Part shown: positions 1 to 14,779 of the stretch, piece by piece | Layout of the letters: the number at the start of each line of letters is the position of its first letter | Numbering within the stretch: the first letter of the stretch is position 1 | Assembly (NCBI RefSeq): GCF_036321535.1 | Contig: NC_087437.1 | Location: 101,868,001-101,932,000, forward strand | Source of the DNA: Camelus dromedarius | Taxonomy: Eukaryota | Direction: 5' to 3' | Length of the DNA: 64,000 nt | Made by a program: the position numbers and the translations under genes | The notes under the pieces: generated by a model | Databases searched by the model: none | What the model was told of the DNA's origin: nothing | The model's input: the letters and a program-made list of their open reading frames with translations, nothing else

Positions 1-272
1 TCTAATAATTAAAAGAACTAGACATTAACATGATGAAAACATCCCAAATAACTTAATATATTCAATGTAATGATTGGTGATCAACATAACAATAGATAGA
101 CATGGAATAATTTGGCCTTTTTAATGTTCTTAATCCACAAAATTGATTTATCATGAGCAGAACCTATTTGTGGTCAGTTGCCCCAGTTGAATCTAGGATG
201 AAACAAATCCCAACAGCCAGAAAACATATTCAAAAAGATCTGAGGCGATATTTAAAAACTATTTTAAACAGT

Positions 273-2350
273 CATGTTAACTCATTCAGATCCATTTGTG
301 TCCTTATCCAGCTCCCATCTAACACTATGGAGCCTCCAAATTTTATAAGAATAATATGCTGTCACTTCTTACCTGAAAGAGTAGACATACAAATCCAAAC
401 AATCACAGAACTTTCTTCAATTTGGTGATCAGGTGACCAGCCACAATGTCTGAAAAGACAAAGTGAGAGGAATTTAGTAAAACAATCTCCAATCTCCATT
501 TGTACAGCTGTTCCCAAGGTGTGATTAATCTTTTTCTTCCACAAGCCATTCAATATATCTTTCACTTTGACCCAGAGTTTACTGGTCTGGTTGATTGAAT
601 AGTAATGGGTCTACAGGCTTTCAAACCTGAGAGATTTGGGCTCACAGTTACTTGGCCCTTGTTATCAGGTGGTTGCTGCAATCTACCATTTTCAATTTAC
701 CAATTTCAATTCTTTTTGGGTATGGACATGCCAAGAAATGCCCTAGAAAATCTCCCCGGTCCAGGCATATTTCTCCCTTTCCCCACTGTGTACAGGATAC
801 TATGGCCCACCTGGGTAAACAGGGTTGATTACCCAATCAGTTCTGTAAATCCTGTCTCTTCTTCTTGATTCATTGGTGTGAAGATGCCAACATGGCAAGA
901 AGGTGGATTCTGACTCTAGCTCAGTGTAACTCAATGTTTTTCTTGAGGGAAGTGTTCTTTTCCTAGGAGCAAAAACCTTAAACTAGTAGTACCTAAGATT
1001 GCAAAGATGTGAAGTACATACTGGAAGTGTTGCAGATAGGGGCCGATCCTACTACCACTCCTTGGTTCTCGATCTACTGCTGTTGAGGCACCCTGCCATA
1101 TATCTTCTCTAGGAGCAGTGCACTGAGGACATGCTGGAAACAATGACTCAATCCAGTGGGGATTTTTGTTCATATTGACTCTTTAGAAGAGCCTTTAACT
1201 GCCATTATACTGATCTAATGAAAAAAAAAAAATATATATATATATATAAATAAAATTATATATCATTATGCCATTACTCTTTTGCCATAAAATGGATCTC
1301 CTTCTCTGAAGTGGTGTTGTTTGCAAGACATTGCATAAATAAATTGTCCTTGAGCCCTCCGAGAGTGGGGATGAAGGAAGCATTGAATATGAGGAAGATA
1401 AATACTTATCTAGAAAATCACGTAATTATCTAGAATGGTTATCCAATATAGTAAGGATGCATTGTTGCCTTCTCCAGGCTGGAAGATCTGTTATAAGTGA
1501 TCTACTACCAAATGGCTAAATGGTTCCCTATAAAGTGCTCACTGTTGGTATCTGCAGTGGTGACACTGACACTTATCAGTGGCAGTGGCAAGAATTAGCT
1601 TTGACAAGAGAAAGCCTATAAAATTGGGTCATTTCATAGTTGCTACCCTTGTCACTACTCTTCTGTTAATAAGGTTAGTATACTGACCCTGGAGCAGCTG
1701 AGAGATGACTGACATTCTTCTCTGGGGGCAGCTGTAGTAAGACTCAAATATCTGTACATTTTGTGCTTCTACACCTCCTTCTGTGAACTCCATTTTCTCA
1801 TCTCCCATCAAGTCTTATTCTTCCTAAACTCCTGATGAAACATTCAGTTGTTCATCAGGCAACCATATACATCCACATTTAGGCCTATTCTCCTTTCATA
1901 GAAATCCACATGAATTACACGGACAAGTATAATGCTCACAATTCTACTCACTAGGAACCATTTCTAAAAAGATATATAGTGTGATTTTTCTTCTTTTCCA
2001 CGGGCTATCACCAACACAAATCCCTAAATTACTTGTGAGCCAGACCTGCATTCATTCCTTCTCTATCAGTTAGTTGTAGGGAAACCCTCATGAGTTTGTA
2101 GACATGAGGCAGGTGACAGGGTGGTTTGCATCCCTTACCATACACTTTACTCACTTCCATCGTCTTATTTATATGCCATAATCACCTAGTTTTCATGGAG
2201 GCCAGAGAAATAAAATGAATGGAGATCGATGAGAACCACTACTCCTTCATTCTTCAAGATTTTGATGGTGGAACTCAAATCTGAATTCCATCTGATACTT
2301 GATATTGCTTTTGACTTGCTACTTTGCTCAGAAATAGGTTATTTCCTACA
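273..2350 (-). mobile_element. pol: ERV-L (HERV16/HERVL-like) internal region: decayed pol remnants (RT N-terminus, RNase H, integrase, dUTPase)
   Basis: Minus-strand translations resemble ERV-L Pol: RT start 'SQKQYQVSDGI..STIKILKNEGVV' (~2230-2330); RNase H end 'GDEK..AQNVQIFES' (ORF 1629-1811); integrase 'SEKEIHFMAKE' and 'LDQYNG' (~1200-1315); dUTPase 'CHVGIFTPMNQEEETGFTELIG/VINPVY...HSGEREKYAW...GDFLGHFLACP' (~720-900). Many stops and frameshifts. Confidence 0.8.
1221..1263. repeat. A-run/(TA)n microsatellite interrupting the ERV-L integrase remnant
   Basis: A12 followed by (TA)n, read directly. Confidence 0.9.
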
Positions 2351-3299
2351 ATAATGTCCTTTTATTCCACACGTGAGATAATAGACATGAAAATTCTATC
2401 AGATTCTAAGTATATCCTCCAAGATGAGCTCAATGTGATACAGGCCTAAACCAAAACTCTATTAGCAACACACTAATTGGAAAATCTGATAGTGTCTTAG
2501 GTCTCAGTATAAGAAGTTATTTTACAGCTAGACTGGGACTGCCTCTGATTATCTTTGCAGAATCTTGGAATTATGATACTTAACTTTAGTCAAAGTGACT
2601 AGTCAAATGGGAAAAATAGTAATTTATAATATGCTGTTTAAAGTCTAAAATCCCACAGTAGCTCCTAAGGCTGGCTTTTTTATTGGTGGTTGTGTGACAA
2701 GAAGAACAAAAACACTGTTAGAAACTCTTGGAGAGTTCTTTTCAAACCAAAATTCCTCACACAAGTCTTAGTCATTCAAAATCTTGAGATTAAAAAAAAA
2801 AACTTTGTAAAAAAGAACGTTGGGGGCTATGCCTGAGAGTCTTCGAAGTGTCAAAACTTGTCTGCAGTCACTTTCTCCTCCTATATTATTTATCTTTAAT
2901 AAAGCCTTATAATAGTATTCTCTGTGGAGTTTAGTAAGTTCACTTAATTATCTGACTTGTATAACATTTGCAGTGCTCTTATAGCAGTGCCAACTAAGAT
3001 TGAAAATCTAAGAGCTCACAATTGATTACTGATCTTTTTGGGTACCATCTGTGGAATGTATGTTATATATACATGCACGGTCATTTAAGTATATTTGTTC
3101 AAGAGGACTCAATACTGTTTGATCAAGAGATTGTGACTGATTTACATTAGGACCCTGGGTGAAAGATGATTCTTCATGATATGGTAGACTTTAGCCTTTT
3201 GCTCACCAGCTCTTATTTGATTTTTGTTTACTTTATTTTTTATTAATTTGTTCATTTTTCTTAACTTTAGACAACTCAAGAACGCTATAGTTAACTGTA

Positions 3300-4705
3300 T
3301 ACTTAGCATGCCCGTAAGAGCATGATAATATACTAGTCTGATGTATCAGGTCACTGAGAGTCAAACACCTTGTTTCACTCTGGCCTGTCTTCTATAGCAG
3401 TCATTTCCACCTTGCTTTTTCACAGATAAATGCTGCCATTCTGAAGCCTCCAATATTAGTAACACTATGGACTCAAGTTTCATGGCAACAGTGCCCACTA
3501 CCAACTTTTGCCTATAGAGGACAGCCACCATGGAGTCTCTCAAAGATACCAGGTCCCCTCACCAGGGCATGCCTCATTTCCTCAGTGAAGAGAATATCTT
3601 CTGGGCTCATCCAGAAGACAGAATTCTTAGACAGTACAACACTAAATGTATTCTGAACCTTATTACCCCCTTACTCAATACTCCAACAAGTTGTTCTGTC
3701 ATTTTCACCTTACTTATTCTAGGCCATATCATGGTTAACTTTCAAGGAGACATTTCAGAGAACTATGAGGACTAGGTCCAACTTTCCCTTCAGTGCATAA
3801 AATCCTGAGCCACACGATGGTCACATAAATAAATTCTCTCCAATCCAAGCTAATGCCCCACTAGTCTTACTCCTATTCTCTTCCAGTCTGCTCAGAAAGT
3901 TTTCCCCCAGTTTCCACAGGACTCATTTATCAGATTCTATATTCTATTTAGCACATAAACTATTTCATTTTGCTGGAGGAACCGCACTGCCCTTCCGATG
4001 CGCTTCTGAGAAGAGATTCTGATTAATGGCCTGAAAGCAATGAGGGCTGATACAGACAGACACAGTGGAGGAAAAACATCATCTTATGGGGAAATTTCCT
4101 CCCATGAGGTCATCGTCCATATTTAGGCATGAGGATGTTTTTCACGTGTAAGACTGCAAAGGGTGTGCTATTTATTTTAGCCCAGAGGGTTCAGGAGAAA
4201 ACAAGGATTCAGTTTTTTCAGGTTCAATTTCCTCACTCTTGCCAGGTCACAAGTGCACAATATTGACTTACCAGAGCCTTGCTAAAAGGTAGGGACACTG
4301 TCAAGGCTGGCTATTAATTTTAATTGTCAGCTTTGCTACCATTACTATTAGATCTGTGGTTTCATTTTCAATAAAATCTGCCCTTAGTCTGTTAAGAGAT
4401 GAGAGTCTACTCAAAGCTGCCAAAGAAGCTCTCTGCTTTTGCAGTTTTACAGCACACCTTCAATTTCCAGGTGGCTGCCCTGAGCCCATAATTTTCCTTC
4501 TTGTGGGCTTTCTGTCATTAACAGAAGCCGGCCCACTCTTCAGTCATGATCATTATCATTGCCCTCATACCTTTCAAGTGCCACAGTTCCCATACAGCCA
4601 ACACCTCTCCATCCACTTCTGTGCCTCATCCCAATTAATTAAAAGTGAAATCCTTAGCACTGGCAGTGTGAATACATGCCACGTTTTACCACCAGTTCGT
4701 TTCTG
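3300..4705 (-). mobile_element. gag: ERV-L internal region: decayed gag remnant
   Basis: ORF 3361-3543 'DSMVAVLYRQKLVVGTVAMKLESI...KQGG' resembles HERV-L Gag 'SSVIALLC..LTVGTAVTQL...RQGG'. 'LDWREFIY' near 3830-3850 resembles 'LDQAEFID'. Confidence 0.7.
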
Positions 4706-5300
4706 GTAACAGCTGTTTACTGTGGGCGTCTCAGAAAGCAGACCTTGAGGCAAATGCTCATAGTCTACTACTCTACTAGGAAGCACAGTCCAAAAGAAAC
4801 AGAGGTGGGGAAACTGTGAGACAAGGAATGCCAGAGAGAAGATAAAACCATGTGTTAACAGGGTGCTTACCAGGAACTTTGTATCAAGTAAAACCATTTC
4901 TCTGAGAAGCAGTATGTTACTTTGCCTTTCAGCAATCCATCCCTGGAGAGGAAGGACAATTTATCTGCTGACTTCTACCTCTCATTGGTGAAAAAGGTGC
5001 TTTATGATTCTTCAGTGAGGGGCATATGAAGGTGATATGAATGTCCCATGGGTTTGCACGTCTCCAGGTCACAGGGAAAAACTGAGGGGGAGATGAGGGA
5101 CACTGAGTGGACTGAGATGAAGTGACACATGGCTGTGCCTGTTGCTTCTGCTGCAGCTTGTTTGAGCCCACACAGAGAATGTTGCTGTGGTTAGTCGGTA
5201 TAAAACAAGCTGGCAAGAGCTCCAACTTATGCAAATTACAAGTTCATGAAATTGTGTAAACGAAGTGGCTTCTCCAAGCATACAAAAACCCAAACCAAGG
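4706..5300 (-). mobile_element. LTR16-like ERV-L 5' LTR of the same provirus
   Basis: Directly adjoins the 5' end of gag. 'gggcgtctcagaaagcagaccttgag' resembles the reverse complement of LTR16-family 3' ends. The distal boundary is uncertain. Confidence 0.5.
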
Positions 5301-8300
5301 AAAACAGCCCTTCTCTTCAGCACACTCTCCTGCCCTCTTAATTCTTACCTCCCAAAGGCAAAATTTTCAATTCTTTTTAGCTCTTTCTTCTGGTATTTAG
5401 CACAATATTTTTAAATAATATACTTATTGGCATTAGGCAAACATTTTAAAAGAACATGCTTCTGCTATTCTTCCTGTTTTTCCTTTTAAAAAATAATTTT
5501 AGTCATTATTGATCTTCCAAAGCTGATGCTTAGGGATGTGAATTACACTACCACCTTCAACTTTTACATACACACACACAATGCCCTCACGCTGTAATGT
5601 GCAGACACCCAAGCACACACACTCACACATACACAATCTGTTCTACCCATTTGATAAATGAAATTGCATTATAACTGTTTGGCTGAATTGCTGTTATGAC
5701 CACATAAATGCTGCTCACAGTTGATGCACATTCTAATACACATTTATGCTGCTCTTCCATTGATCTAGCTTTAATAATTAATTTATTTGCTTGCATAGTG
5801 GTTTTTTTTTTTTTTTTTTTTTTTTTGTACTGCTGCTAATTCAGTATCAAACATTGACAGGAAAGAATGAAAGAAAACTATAAAAATTGCCCTCGGGTTC
5901 ACTGAAGATAATCTCCCATGATCCACCATCCTCTTCCTCTACACTGACTGCCAGCTCCAGCCTGTCGCTGTGGTCCACAGCTGTCCTTCTGTGATGTCCC
6001 CTCATGGTTACTTTGGGAGTTGCTTGTTTCTCAGTCTTCCGTTAAGTTCTTCACTTATATTCCTGGACTCTGATTTTCTCTTGCTGTTTTATGTTCTATT
6101 TTTATTATGGAGTATACGTTTTAAGACAGGAGAACTACAATATAATATATTAACACCTTGCATTTCTTAAAATATATTTGTACTGCTCTCTTATCTGACT
6201 GTTTCTTGCCTGTGCCACTATGACAAGTCAATCAGCACATTTCTGTCTTCCTTCAGTTTTCCTCACATTTGACCAGGTTTCCTATCTAATTATTTACATC
6301 TTTTCGTGTATATACAATATTTACTTTCTAATCTATTTTAAGTGAGGATTTAGGAGGGAATGGATATACATAAGTGCATCAGTCAACTATATTTCATCTT
6401 AAGTCTATATCCTCATGCCTCTTCATTTTCAGTAAATTATGAAGAAAGAAGTCAAAGAATTACATGAATCTTGTAATATCATCACTTATGCTATACGCTA
6501 CTTTTTCCAGTGGAATGTTCATTTCCTCTGGACATATGATTCCCCAAAATACCCTATATAAACAACATGCCAGAATATCCAAGCCCAGAAAAATGCAAGG
6601 AGTCCCACAATTTAATGGGTCTTCATTATCAGTTGGGTGAGCTGCTTCTGAATTACACTAACAAGTAAAAGCAAAATTATGTAATAGTTTGTTCAATAAG
6701 TATGTCAGAATTCAAGCCTCAATCCTGCCATCAAGCACATTCTATTTATTGATATTTTCAGAAGCTGCAAATTCAATTAGACCCCACATACTTTCAATTT
6801 TCTCTCAAACACTTTTGCAAAAGTATCATACTAGATGAGGCGAACTATGCTCTACTTTCTTGATGGAAAACAGTAATATTTATAAGTTATTGTGCAATCA
6901 TAAAATGAAATAACAAGACTGTTTAAAACATATTTCTATAAAATATTACTTATGATATGGCTAAAAACAATATATACCATTTCTTTTATGAAAATAACAT
7001 CAAAGGTTGATAGAAACATCTTTAAATAACATAGGTTGAGACTGATTTGCAGCTTTTAAAATATACAGTGGCTACTATTAAATTCAATTTAAAGTTGTAA
7101 CTTCAACTCTCTGGAAGTGAGTTCATTTTATAAGAAAGTGTTTGCTAGGTTTGTTAAAGTAAGACTGTGACGGCATCCCAGAAATTAACAGGCATCATGT
7201 GTATATATCAGATTAACTCTTGTCAAATGTTAACCTTTTTCAACTTTAAGAATATTATTTTCTTAAATATTTACCCAGCTCCCAGGAGAGAAGTTTTTTT
7301 TTTTTTATATATATAATAGTATTGATTCAAAATATCTTTTGGGAAAATAGTTTCTCAGTAGTAACAAGGTTGGAAAGAAACAATACAACCTACAGCAGAG
7401 CAAGGGAGGACCAGATACACCTTCTTTGTGTACTTACAGTTAAGAAAATACAGGGATTTTAAAGGATTCACAGTGTTTCAGATGCAATATTTTGATGCAA
7501 CAGAGATTTACAAAAAGTGATTTTTTTCTTCTTCCTGAAATTTAGTTTTAGAAAACCAGATTTTAAATGTGACATTTTAATACAGTTATGTTGAATTTTT
7601 GGCTGTACATTTTGTAATATATTTTAAAAACAGTATCAGTTCTTGGCTTCAGATTTTTGTGTATATGAATTATTAGAAATGTTATATATGGAAAACAGTT
7701 AAATGTTCCATTGCTAAGACTGTAATTATAAATGTGAGACATTTTTATACCAAAATCTCCTTGTAGAGAAAAAAAAAAAAGCATAATAAACAGTTGTTGT
7801 CTAAAACAGAGCAAATATGTTTAGTAATAGAATGAAGTCTGATAATGTGTTTAACTGACATTAAGACAATTAGCCTTGGTTCTGTAGGAAAGGAAATAGC
7901 CAATTCTACTTAACAATTTGATTGCATCAAAGGAATTTAATAAGAAACAACTGAAACTTCTTTATGTCCTTACTCAAAATCTTTTGTTTTCAAGTTGATC
8001 ACCAAAATTTTATTTCGTATATATTCTGTATTAACTGAATTTTTAAATAGATTTCCCTCACATTTCTGACTAAAATTATTCTAATTCCTAATGTCTTTAG
8101 TGATAAACGCATTCTAAGTTAAACATGTTCAACCTTGATTCAATTGCACAGGCTAGTTTTCTTTGAGGTTTTCAAGACTGTATTTTTATGTACACATAGT
8201 CTGTGAATTATTACACTACAATGATGCTGAGAACAGTGTTAGTGGCTCTGAAGGTCTATGGCCTTTTAAAGAATATATGAAAATCTTCTGGGTGAATGAT

Positions 8301-8689
8301 TAATACAAAGTACGTACAAAGACAGATGGTGTAAGATCTTTGACATTATATCATGTTGGTACTTCAGACCAGTTTGTTACAGAAAAAGGTCACTCAATAT
8401 TAGAGACAGCCTGTAAAAGAAAATGTAGCTTGAAAGACCGAGGAAATAAAAGTTGAGAATGTGGTAGGACCTCTTTGAATATTAACTGTATTATGATTCT
8501 TGATACAAGTAAATGTATGAAGAACTCCTTAAGGTACATAAAGGAGTAAAGATGCTGTATGTTTGATACAGTTACTAGAATATTTTGAAGTAGTTCCACT
8601 TCCAATTAAACTGAATACGTAAGCATATGTGATTAAAAAAAATAACTTGGCCCATGTCTGTCTTTTCTTTTCTAACTTCACATCTTCTT

Positions 8690-9450
8690 TGATCAATTTT
8701 CCTACCTGTAAATACTATACATGCTGTTGACTCCCAAATCTATTTTTCAGCTCCGTCATCTACACGGATCTCCAGAATTGCATTTGTGAATTCCTTTGAC
8801 ATCTCCCTTTGAAAATCTAAAACATCTTAATGTTAACATGGACACAAAATAGAATTACTGATTCCTGCCCTCCCTCCCACGCTATCTGTGCCTCCTTAGT
8901 ATCTCCCGATTCTGCTTATAGTATCACATCTACAATGTAAAAACCAAGGGCATATTTCTGGCCCTTCCCTTTACCTAAACTTCTACCTCATCCATCATCA
9001 AGCTCTTCAATTTCCATCTTTAAAATGCGTGTTAAATCCCCTGCATATTCCACCTCAGTTGCAATCACCCACATCGCCAACGTCTGTCCCCTAAACTATT
9101 CTAACACACACTTAATGGCCTCTTTGCTTCTAATCCTGGCTTTTCCAATCCATTTTCCACATAGTCAGCTATCATAAACTTTTCCAAACAACATTATTTA
9201 TGTAATGTCCCTGCTTAAATTGTTTCAATCATTTCCCAAGGCAGTAAGAATAAAGTTCCAACTCTTTAAATTGATTACAAAACATGGTGGGCCCGGACTA
9301 CATATCCTTTAATTAACTACTGTCCCACATTTTCACTGTTTTCCAATTGACTAGCTTTTTGAAATGATCCAGATTATTCCTGCCCTAGAATATTTGCCAC
9401 AGTTGGCTGCTATTCTTGAAATATGCTCTTCCTTGGGCTTCATGTAGCTG
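8690..9450 (+). mobile_element. L2 LINE 3' fragment
   Basis: 'atgctgttgactcccaaatctatttttcagc', 'gacatctccctttgaaaatctaaaacatctt' and 'aatccattttccaca' are typical of the L2 ORF2 end. Confidence 0.7.
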
Positions 9451-9829
9451 ATGTCTTACCCTTTTATGTGCCCCCAAAATTGGATGTATAAAAATGAAAC
9501 AACAAAAAATAAAAAGAAAATAAGATACCCTGAATATATGCAGTGAAAAAAGAAGGGGTTCCCTGGAGTTACACTGAACAAAAGACCCCAAATTAGCACA
9601 GAATCTTAGATATTAGATTTATGTATTGAACTTTAAATTCACTTTAATGTTTTACAGTGAATTACTGGTCTTCCTTCACCAACTTCAGTATGTTTCATAC
9701 TCCTGTATCAGCTGATGGCTAATACATCCTGGTTGATCATGTAAAGTTCCCTTAGGAGCATCTGACACTTATCTTTTTTTCATAGGTTGTATCTGTTCTG
9801 TCTGAATTTTTTTTTTTTTGTTACACTTT

Positions 9830-10562
9830 TATAATATATCCAGAATTTGATGACTTATCAACAGATCCATTACTCTGCCTTGGGTTAAATTTCCATTCCA
9901 TATGGCTACCAGCAATAGCCTCCACAGGGATCCTAATAAAAGTCAGTCATAGTATATTTCTCTTCTGCTCAAAAACCATCAATGGACTTCCTCTCTCACT
10001 CATAGAGACGAATGAATGGCTATTAAAATGGGTAACAGGAATGACAGGACCTCGCTTCCCATTCAGGTCTGGTGTCACCTTCCACTGGTTCCCTTTGATC
10101 TTGTCACAAAGGTCTCACTGATCTTTTAAATCAAACCAAGCCTGCACAGGCAGGATTTGTCACTTCCTTGGTTCTCTGCCTTAAATGCTCTCTCCCCTGG
10201 TATTCACCTGGCTTGTTCACTCATTAACTTCAAGTTGTTTTTTCAAATGTTAACTTCTCTGTGGGAGACACCTAAACACTATGTTTAAAATTACATTCTG
10301 TTTTTTTCCTCATTCTTTCTCTCCCTCCCTAGCTTCATTTTACAGCACTTTCACCCTCTCATATTCTATAAACATTACTTAATTTGTTTACGCTCTCTTC
10401 TTTTTCTCTCTTCCAAACAAATACAACTTATATTAAATGTTGGGAAATTTGTCTGTTTTGTTCAATTCTTTATCTATGTTCTTAGTAGACAGGACAGCAA
10501 TACTGCATGTGAAGTAACTGACTAAATAAATAAGCATATAAATGAACAATCAATTAATGAAT
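9830..10562 (+). mobile_element. L2 LINE 3' end
   Basis: 'cttctgctcaaaaaccatcaatggacttcc' and 'ttgtctgttttgttca', ending in a (aatg)n-like tail. Confidence 0.7.
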
Positions 10563-10569
10563 CTAACAC

Positions 10570-10870
10570 AATATAGAAACTTCAAAGAGGAAAATTTTAA
10601 ACTTTACGGTAAGACCTCAAAGGATAAATAAATCAACAGCATTTACTCCATTTTCACAGATATGAATGATCAACATTACAAACTTACAGTCTCTCCAAAT
10701 AGGTTATATATTCAATGCAATTTAAATCAAAATAGCAATAAAAATTTTTGTTGTTGTTGGAAACTCAGAAAGCCTGTTAGAATAATAAAGTCCCAAGGAA
10801 AGTCACAATACTCTGGAATAAGGATATGTCGGTGGCACTAGCCCTATCACACAGACATTCTCATTATAAA
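10570..10870 (+). mobile_element. Old L1 (L1M) ORF2 fragment
   Basis: 'ctctccaaataggttatatattcaatgcaatttaaatcaaaata' corresponds to the ORF2 'LPK.IY.FNAI.IKI' segment. Confidence 0.6.
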
Positions 10871-10875
10871 CACGC

Positions 10876-11363
10876 TGTGTGGTGTGCAGCCTGAGATGGA
10901 GTTCAGTGATTTCTACTTCTTGGTCTTCTAACCCTGCATAATCCATTCCTACAAGGTGTCTCCTGAATTTATAGTGTACAGTGGGTATGTGACGCCAATT
11001 TAGAGATGAGGTAATAGAAAGACTGTGGCTTTTGTCTTAGGTGAATGCTCTTTCACTCTTTCTCAAACTGCTTTGTGAGATGAAAATGCAGCTGCCATGT
11101 CATGAGGCAGCCCTGTGGGGAGCCCCAGGTGGTGAGGTGTCCAAGGCCAACCAAGTTTGGGCATAGATTCCTGCCAAGCTGAGCAGTCAGATGACACTGT
11201 TGCCCAGTCAGTACTTGGAATTTCAACCTCATGAGCGACCTTGACCAACAGGTGCAAGATGAAGTCATGTTTCGACTGCTGACCCTAAGAAAGTGTGAGA
11301 TAATGTTTGTTGTTATTAGTTTTTAACTTTGGGTATAATTTACAATGCAGCAATATGCATTAC
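10876..11363 (+). mobile_element. MaLR solo LTR (MLT1F-like)
   Basis: TG start, 'gcagctgccatgtcatgaggcagccctgtggggag', and a 3' end 'aaagtgtgagataatgtttgttg...tgcagcaata...taca'. Confidence 0.75.
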
Positions 11364-14300
11364 AGCAGCATAATATGCAGCAAAATTATGATAATCAGGA
11401 AATGATGTATTGTAAACAAGATACATAAATGTTAAAAGAATAGAACAGAGTCTAAGCATGTATAAAATCTTGATACAAAACAGATGTACAAGTGGATTAA
11501 AAAAAGGATGAGTACTACTTATTGCTGACTTCTGTATAATGAAATTTAAAATGTGATTCTTTTTTCTTACAAAATTGGAGAAGTAAAATGGAAAAATACC
11601 TATCAATCTAAAGTTTTTTTTTGGAACATTTTTCCTTGGAACTAATGCATTGAATCCTTATTCCTAGTTTGTGGATTATTATGGCAAAATCCTTACTGTT
11701 CCTAGAATATCAAATGCTCTAACAAATTGATACTGACAGAAGGGTCTGACTGAATTATCAAATGCACCGAGCCAAAATTCTAATACAACAAAATCAATTG
11801 TATTTCTGTTCTTTTGTCATTTAAGCTCATTTGTCTCAGATGGGGAAACAAATGGGAAAAAAAGCCAGGAAATAATTTTACTTATTCACCAAAATATTCT
11901 TTTTTTTTTCTAGAACAAATTTTTAAAATAAATTACTCAATGTTACTACTAACAGTAGTCTGAACAGCTTGCTATAATAAACAGGACATAAAAACCTCTC
12001 ATTATTATCCACTATCTTAAGTGTATACGTGTACTAATGTGGCTAGTTAATCATCAAAAGTCACTGGAAGATACAGTGGTAACTAATACCAATCATCAGG
12101 TATTTCACACAAAAGGTTATCTTAACAACATAGGTTAAGTGCCTTGTCAAAAGTCACACACTGATTTGTTAAAAAACAAAAACCTGTCTCATCTGTCTTC
12201 AAGTAGACCCTTGGTGTTTCATCTTATTTTAAAGTAGAATTGGGCAAAGTGTCAAGTAGATGTTTTGTTTTCATTATGCAAATACTTTCTGAATAACTGA
12301 CAGTTATATATAATGAATCATTGTTATTGGTTATTAACATTTTTATTAATGTCAATAATATATACCTGCAATATTTTTTTTCCTATACCTGATCTAATTT
12401 TTTAGGTTCTGTGCTTTCATAAAATAGGAATTAGGCATCAAGATGATCTCTAACAGTATGTAGTTTCTCCATTTTCATCACTAAATTTATGCACTATAAA
12501 AAGAAGAGATTAAACTCTGGCTTTGTCAGACCATAAAGAAAAAGGCTCAAAGTATCTGACCTTATAGACTTTGTATGAATTAGTGTTCATCAAGGATGAT
12601 GAAAAGCTATTAACTGAAAATTATAAATACATCATAAAAGTTTTAATAAAAGTTTGGGGTTTCTATCAACCACTGATAATGTACAATTTTAGGATTTATT
12701 TTGGCAAATTATCAGACAACTGTATGATGGAGATATTGATATATCTGTTATGATCTTAGCAATATATTTTGCAATTAAATATAGAGTGAATTCAATTTCT
12801 ATGATTCCTTAAAGTAAATGTGGCTACAACAAAAATTTCAGTCATTAATGTTTTGTTTGAAAAATTTAAAGGGTTATATAGACATATATGTTCTACTGAG
12901 AGTCTTGTGGATTTTTTTTTTTTTTTCCCTTTACTTTGGTACTCTGAAACTTCTGGGAGCCTTTCTCTCTCCTGCCTATTTCTCTGATACAGCTACCCCT
13001 GGAAATACAGGATTTCTTCTCTGACTGCTTGTTCGAAATTCTCACTACGAATTGATTGTCATCAGTTCTTTCTCCATAAAGAGAAGTGATTAAAAAAAAA
13101 AAAAAAAAAAAGCTCAGTTGTGACGTCCAAATGCTCTGTTCAGGAGAAAGCTATGAACATCCATACACTGATATTTTCAGCCTCTTACTATTATTTGTTA
13201 GTTAGTTAAATTTATAGAACTTTAAAAAATAATAATTTTATTTGGGAATCTGGGGCCTTGATACATTTTATTTTTCTCACACCACTCCTTAATCAACAGT
13301 AAATATGTAAACATATGAGTTATTTTGAACTATTAAAATTAGAGTCTGACAAGATCGATTTTTAACATTTGCCACTGAGTCTTTTAAGATAAATGAAGAA
13401 TTATAAGTCCATACCTTTTCTTTGACAATTGAAAAAATGACTTATAATTGTATTAGCAATATTATTTTTTTTTCATTTCTAAATAAAAATTTCCCACTTC
13501 ATTTATTAATAGATACTTTTAAAAAGTCTTACTAAACTTGCAATTCATCATTTGGGCCTTATCTGTGTTAAAATTTTTATTTGAATATTCTTATGAAGAA
13601 ATATTTTTGATACGTAACTATGATTAGTTAAGGTCTTTTCAGTTTTAAAAATAAGCTATTTTGATTTACATTCAATGTATCATAAAGGAAGTTTCAATAT
13701 TTGGCTAAAACAAGGAAAGACACTTTAGAGCCAGACAGGAAAAACCAGAATGCTCAATTCTATTTTAAAATAAGATGAAATAATAACATGTTATAACTTA
13801 AAGGTATTGCCCGCATCAGTACTTGTCAAAATAAAATGAATACAGACTCACTGTTTTAATTTTTATTTCTGCTTAATATTTAATACTGCAACCATTAAGT
13901 AACAGTGTTGCTAACCTGCTTCTATGTGCAATTGTAGTTGGGTGAAAGAAGAAAATTATCTGATTTTTAAAAATACTATCATCTTTTAGTACTTCATGTT
14001 TGTTTGTCTTAGAACTTTGTTTACTTTTTCATTTTTTAAATTTTATTTAAACAATTAGTCGTCCAAGCCTGGTAAAAGTTAATCTCTATTTATACAGACT
14101 GATAATTAAAAATATAAAATTAGAATGAGAAACCACAGAAATCATCTAGTTACATAAGAATGACCCTTATTATCTTGCATACTTTAAGGAATATGGTCAT
14201 GAGGCATATTTTCAAAAGGCCCACTTTGTTGTCTGGAGGCCTTTGACTCTTCGAAAGTTGTCTGAGGGTGTGCTGGCATTCTCTCCCCACACTGTCAGCC

Positions 14301-14779
14301 ACAGGGCACTAACTCACTGGCCAGAATTACTGGACCACATTTAGCCTTGGCTTCTATTATTTTCCCAGGAGGAAGCTTTCCTGACTGAATCCTTACATGG
14401 TTAGCTGTGTGCTTGGGAGCTTCACCCACTAAAATAATAGATATTTACTATTTTTTAATATTTACATTTCACCCATGATATTGTCTGCTTTCATTTCTTC
14501 ATAAATTATCTTTTAGTTTCAGATCCTGCCCTCCTTTCAACTGACTTTACAAAGCTCTTGGCAGTGTGCTGACTTACGAACCACTGGTACTTAAATTCCT
14601 CCAGGATCCCAGCCTGTGTCTTGTCAGTCAAGATCCCATTCTCATCTCCAGTACCCAGTGTCTTCTAATGATCTCTATATACCAGACTAGCCCTTATATA
14701 CAAGCTACATTTGATTCAAAGTCTGCAGCTCTGAAAGATGCAGAAAATTCAATGCAGATGACAATATTCTAGAGTATAG

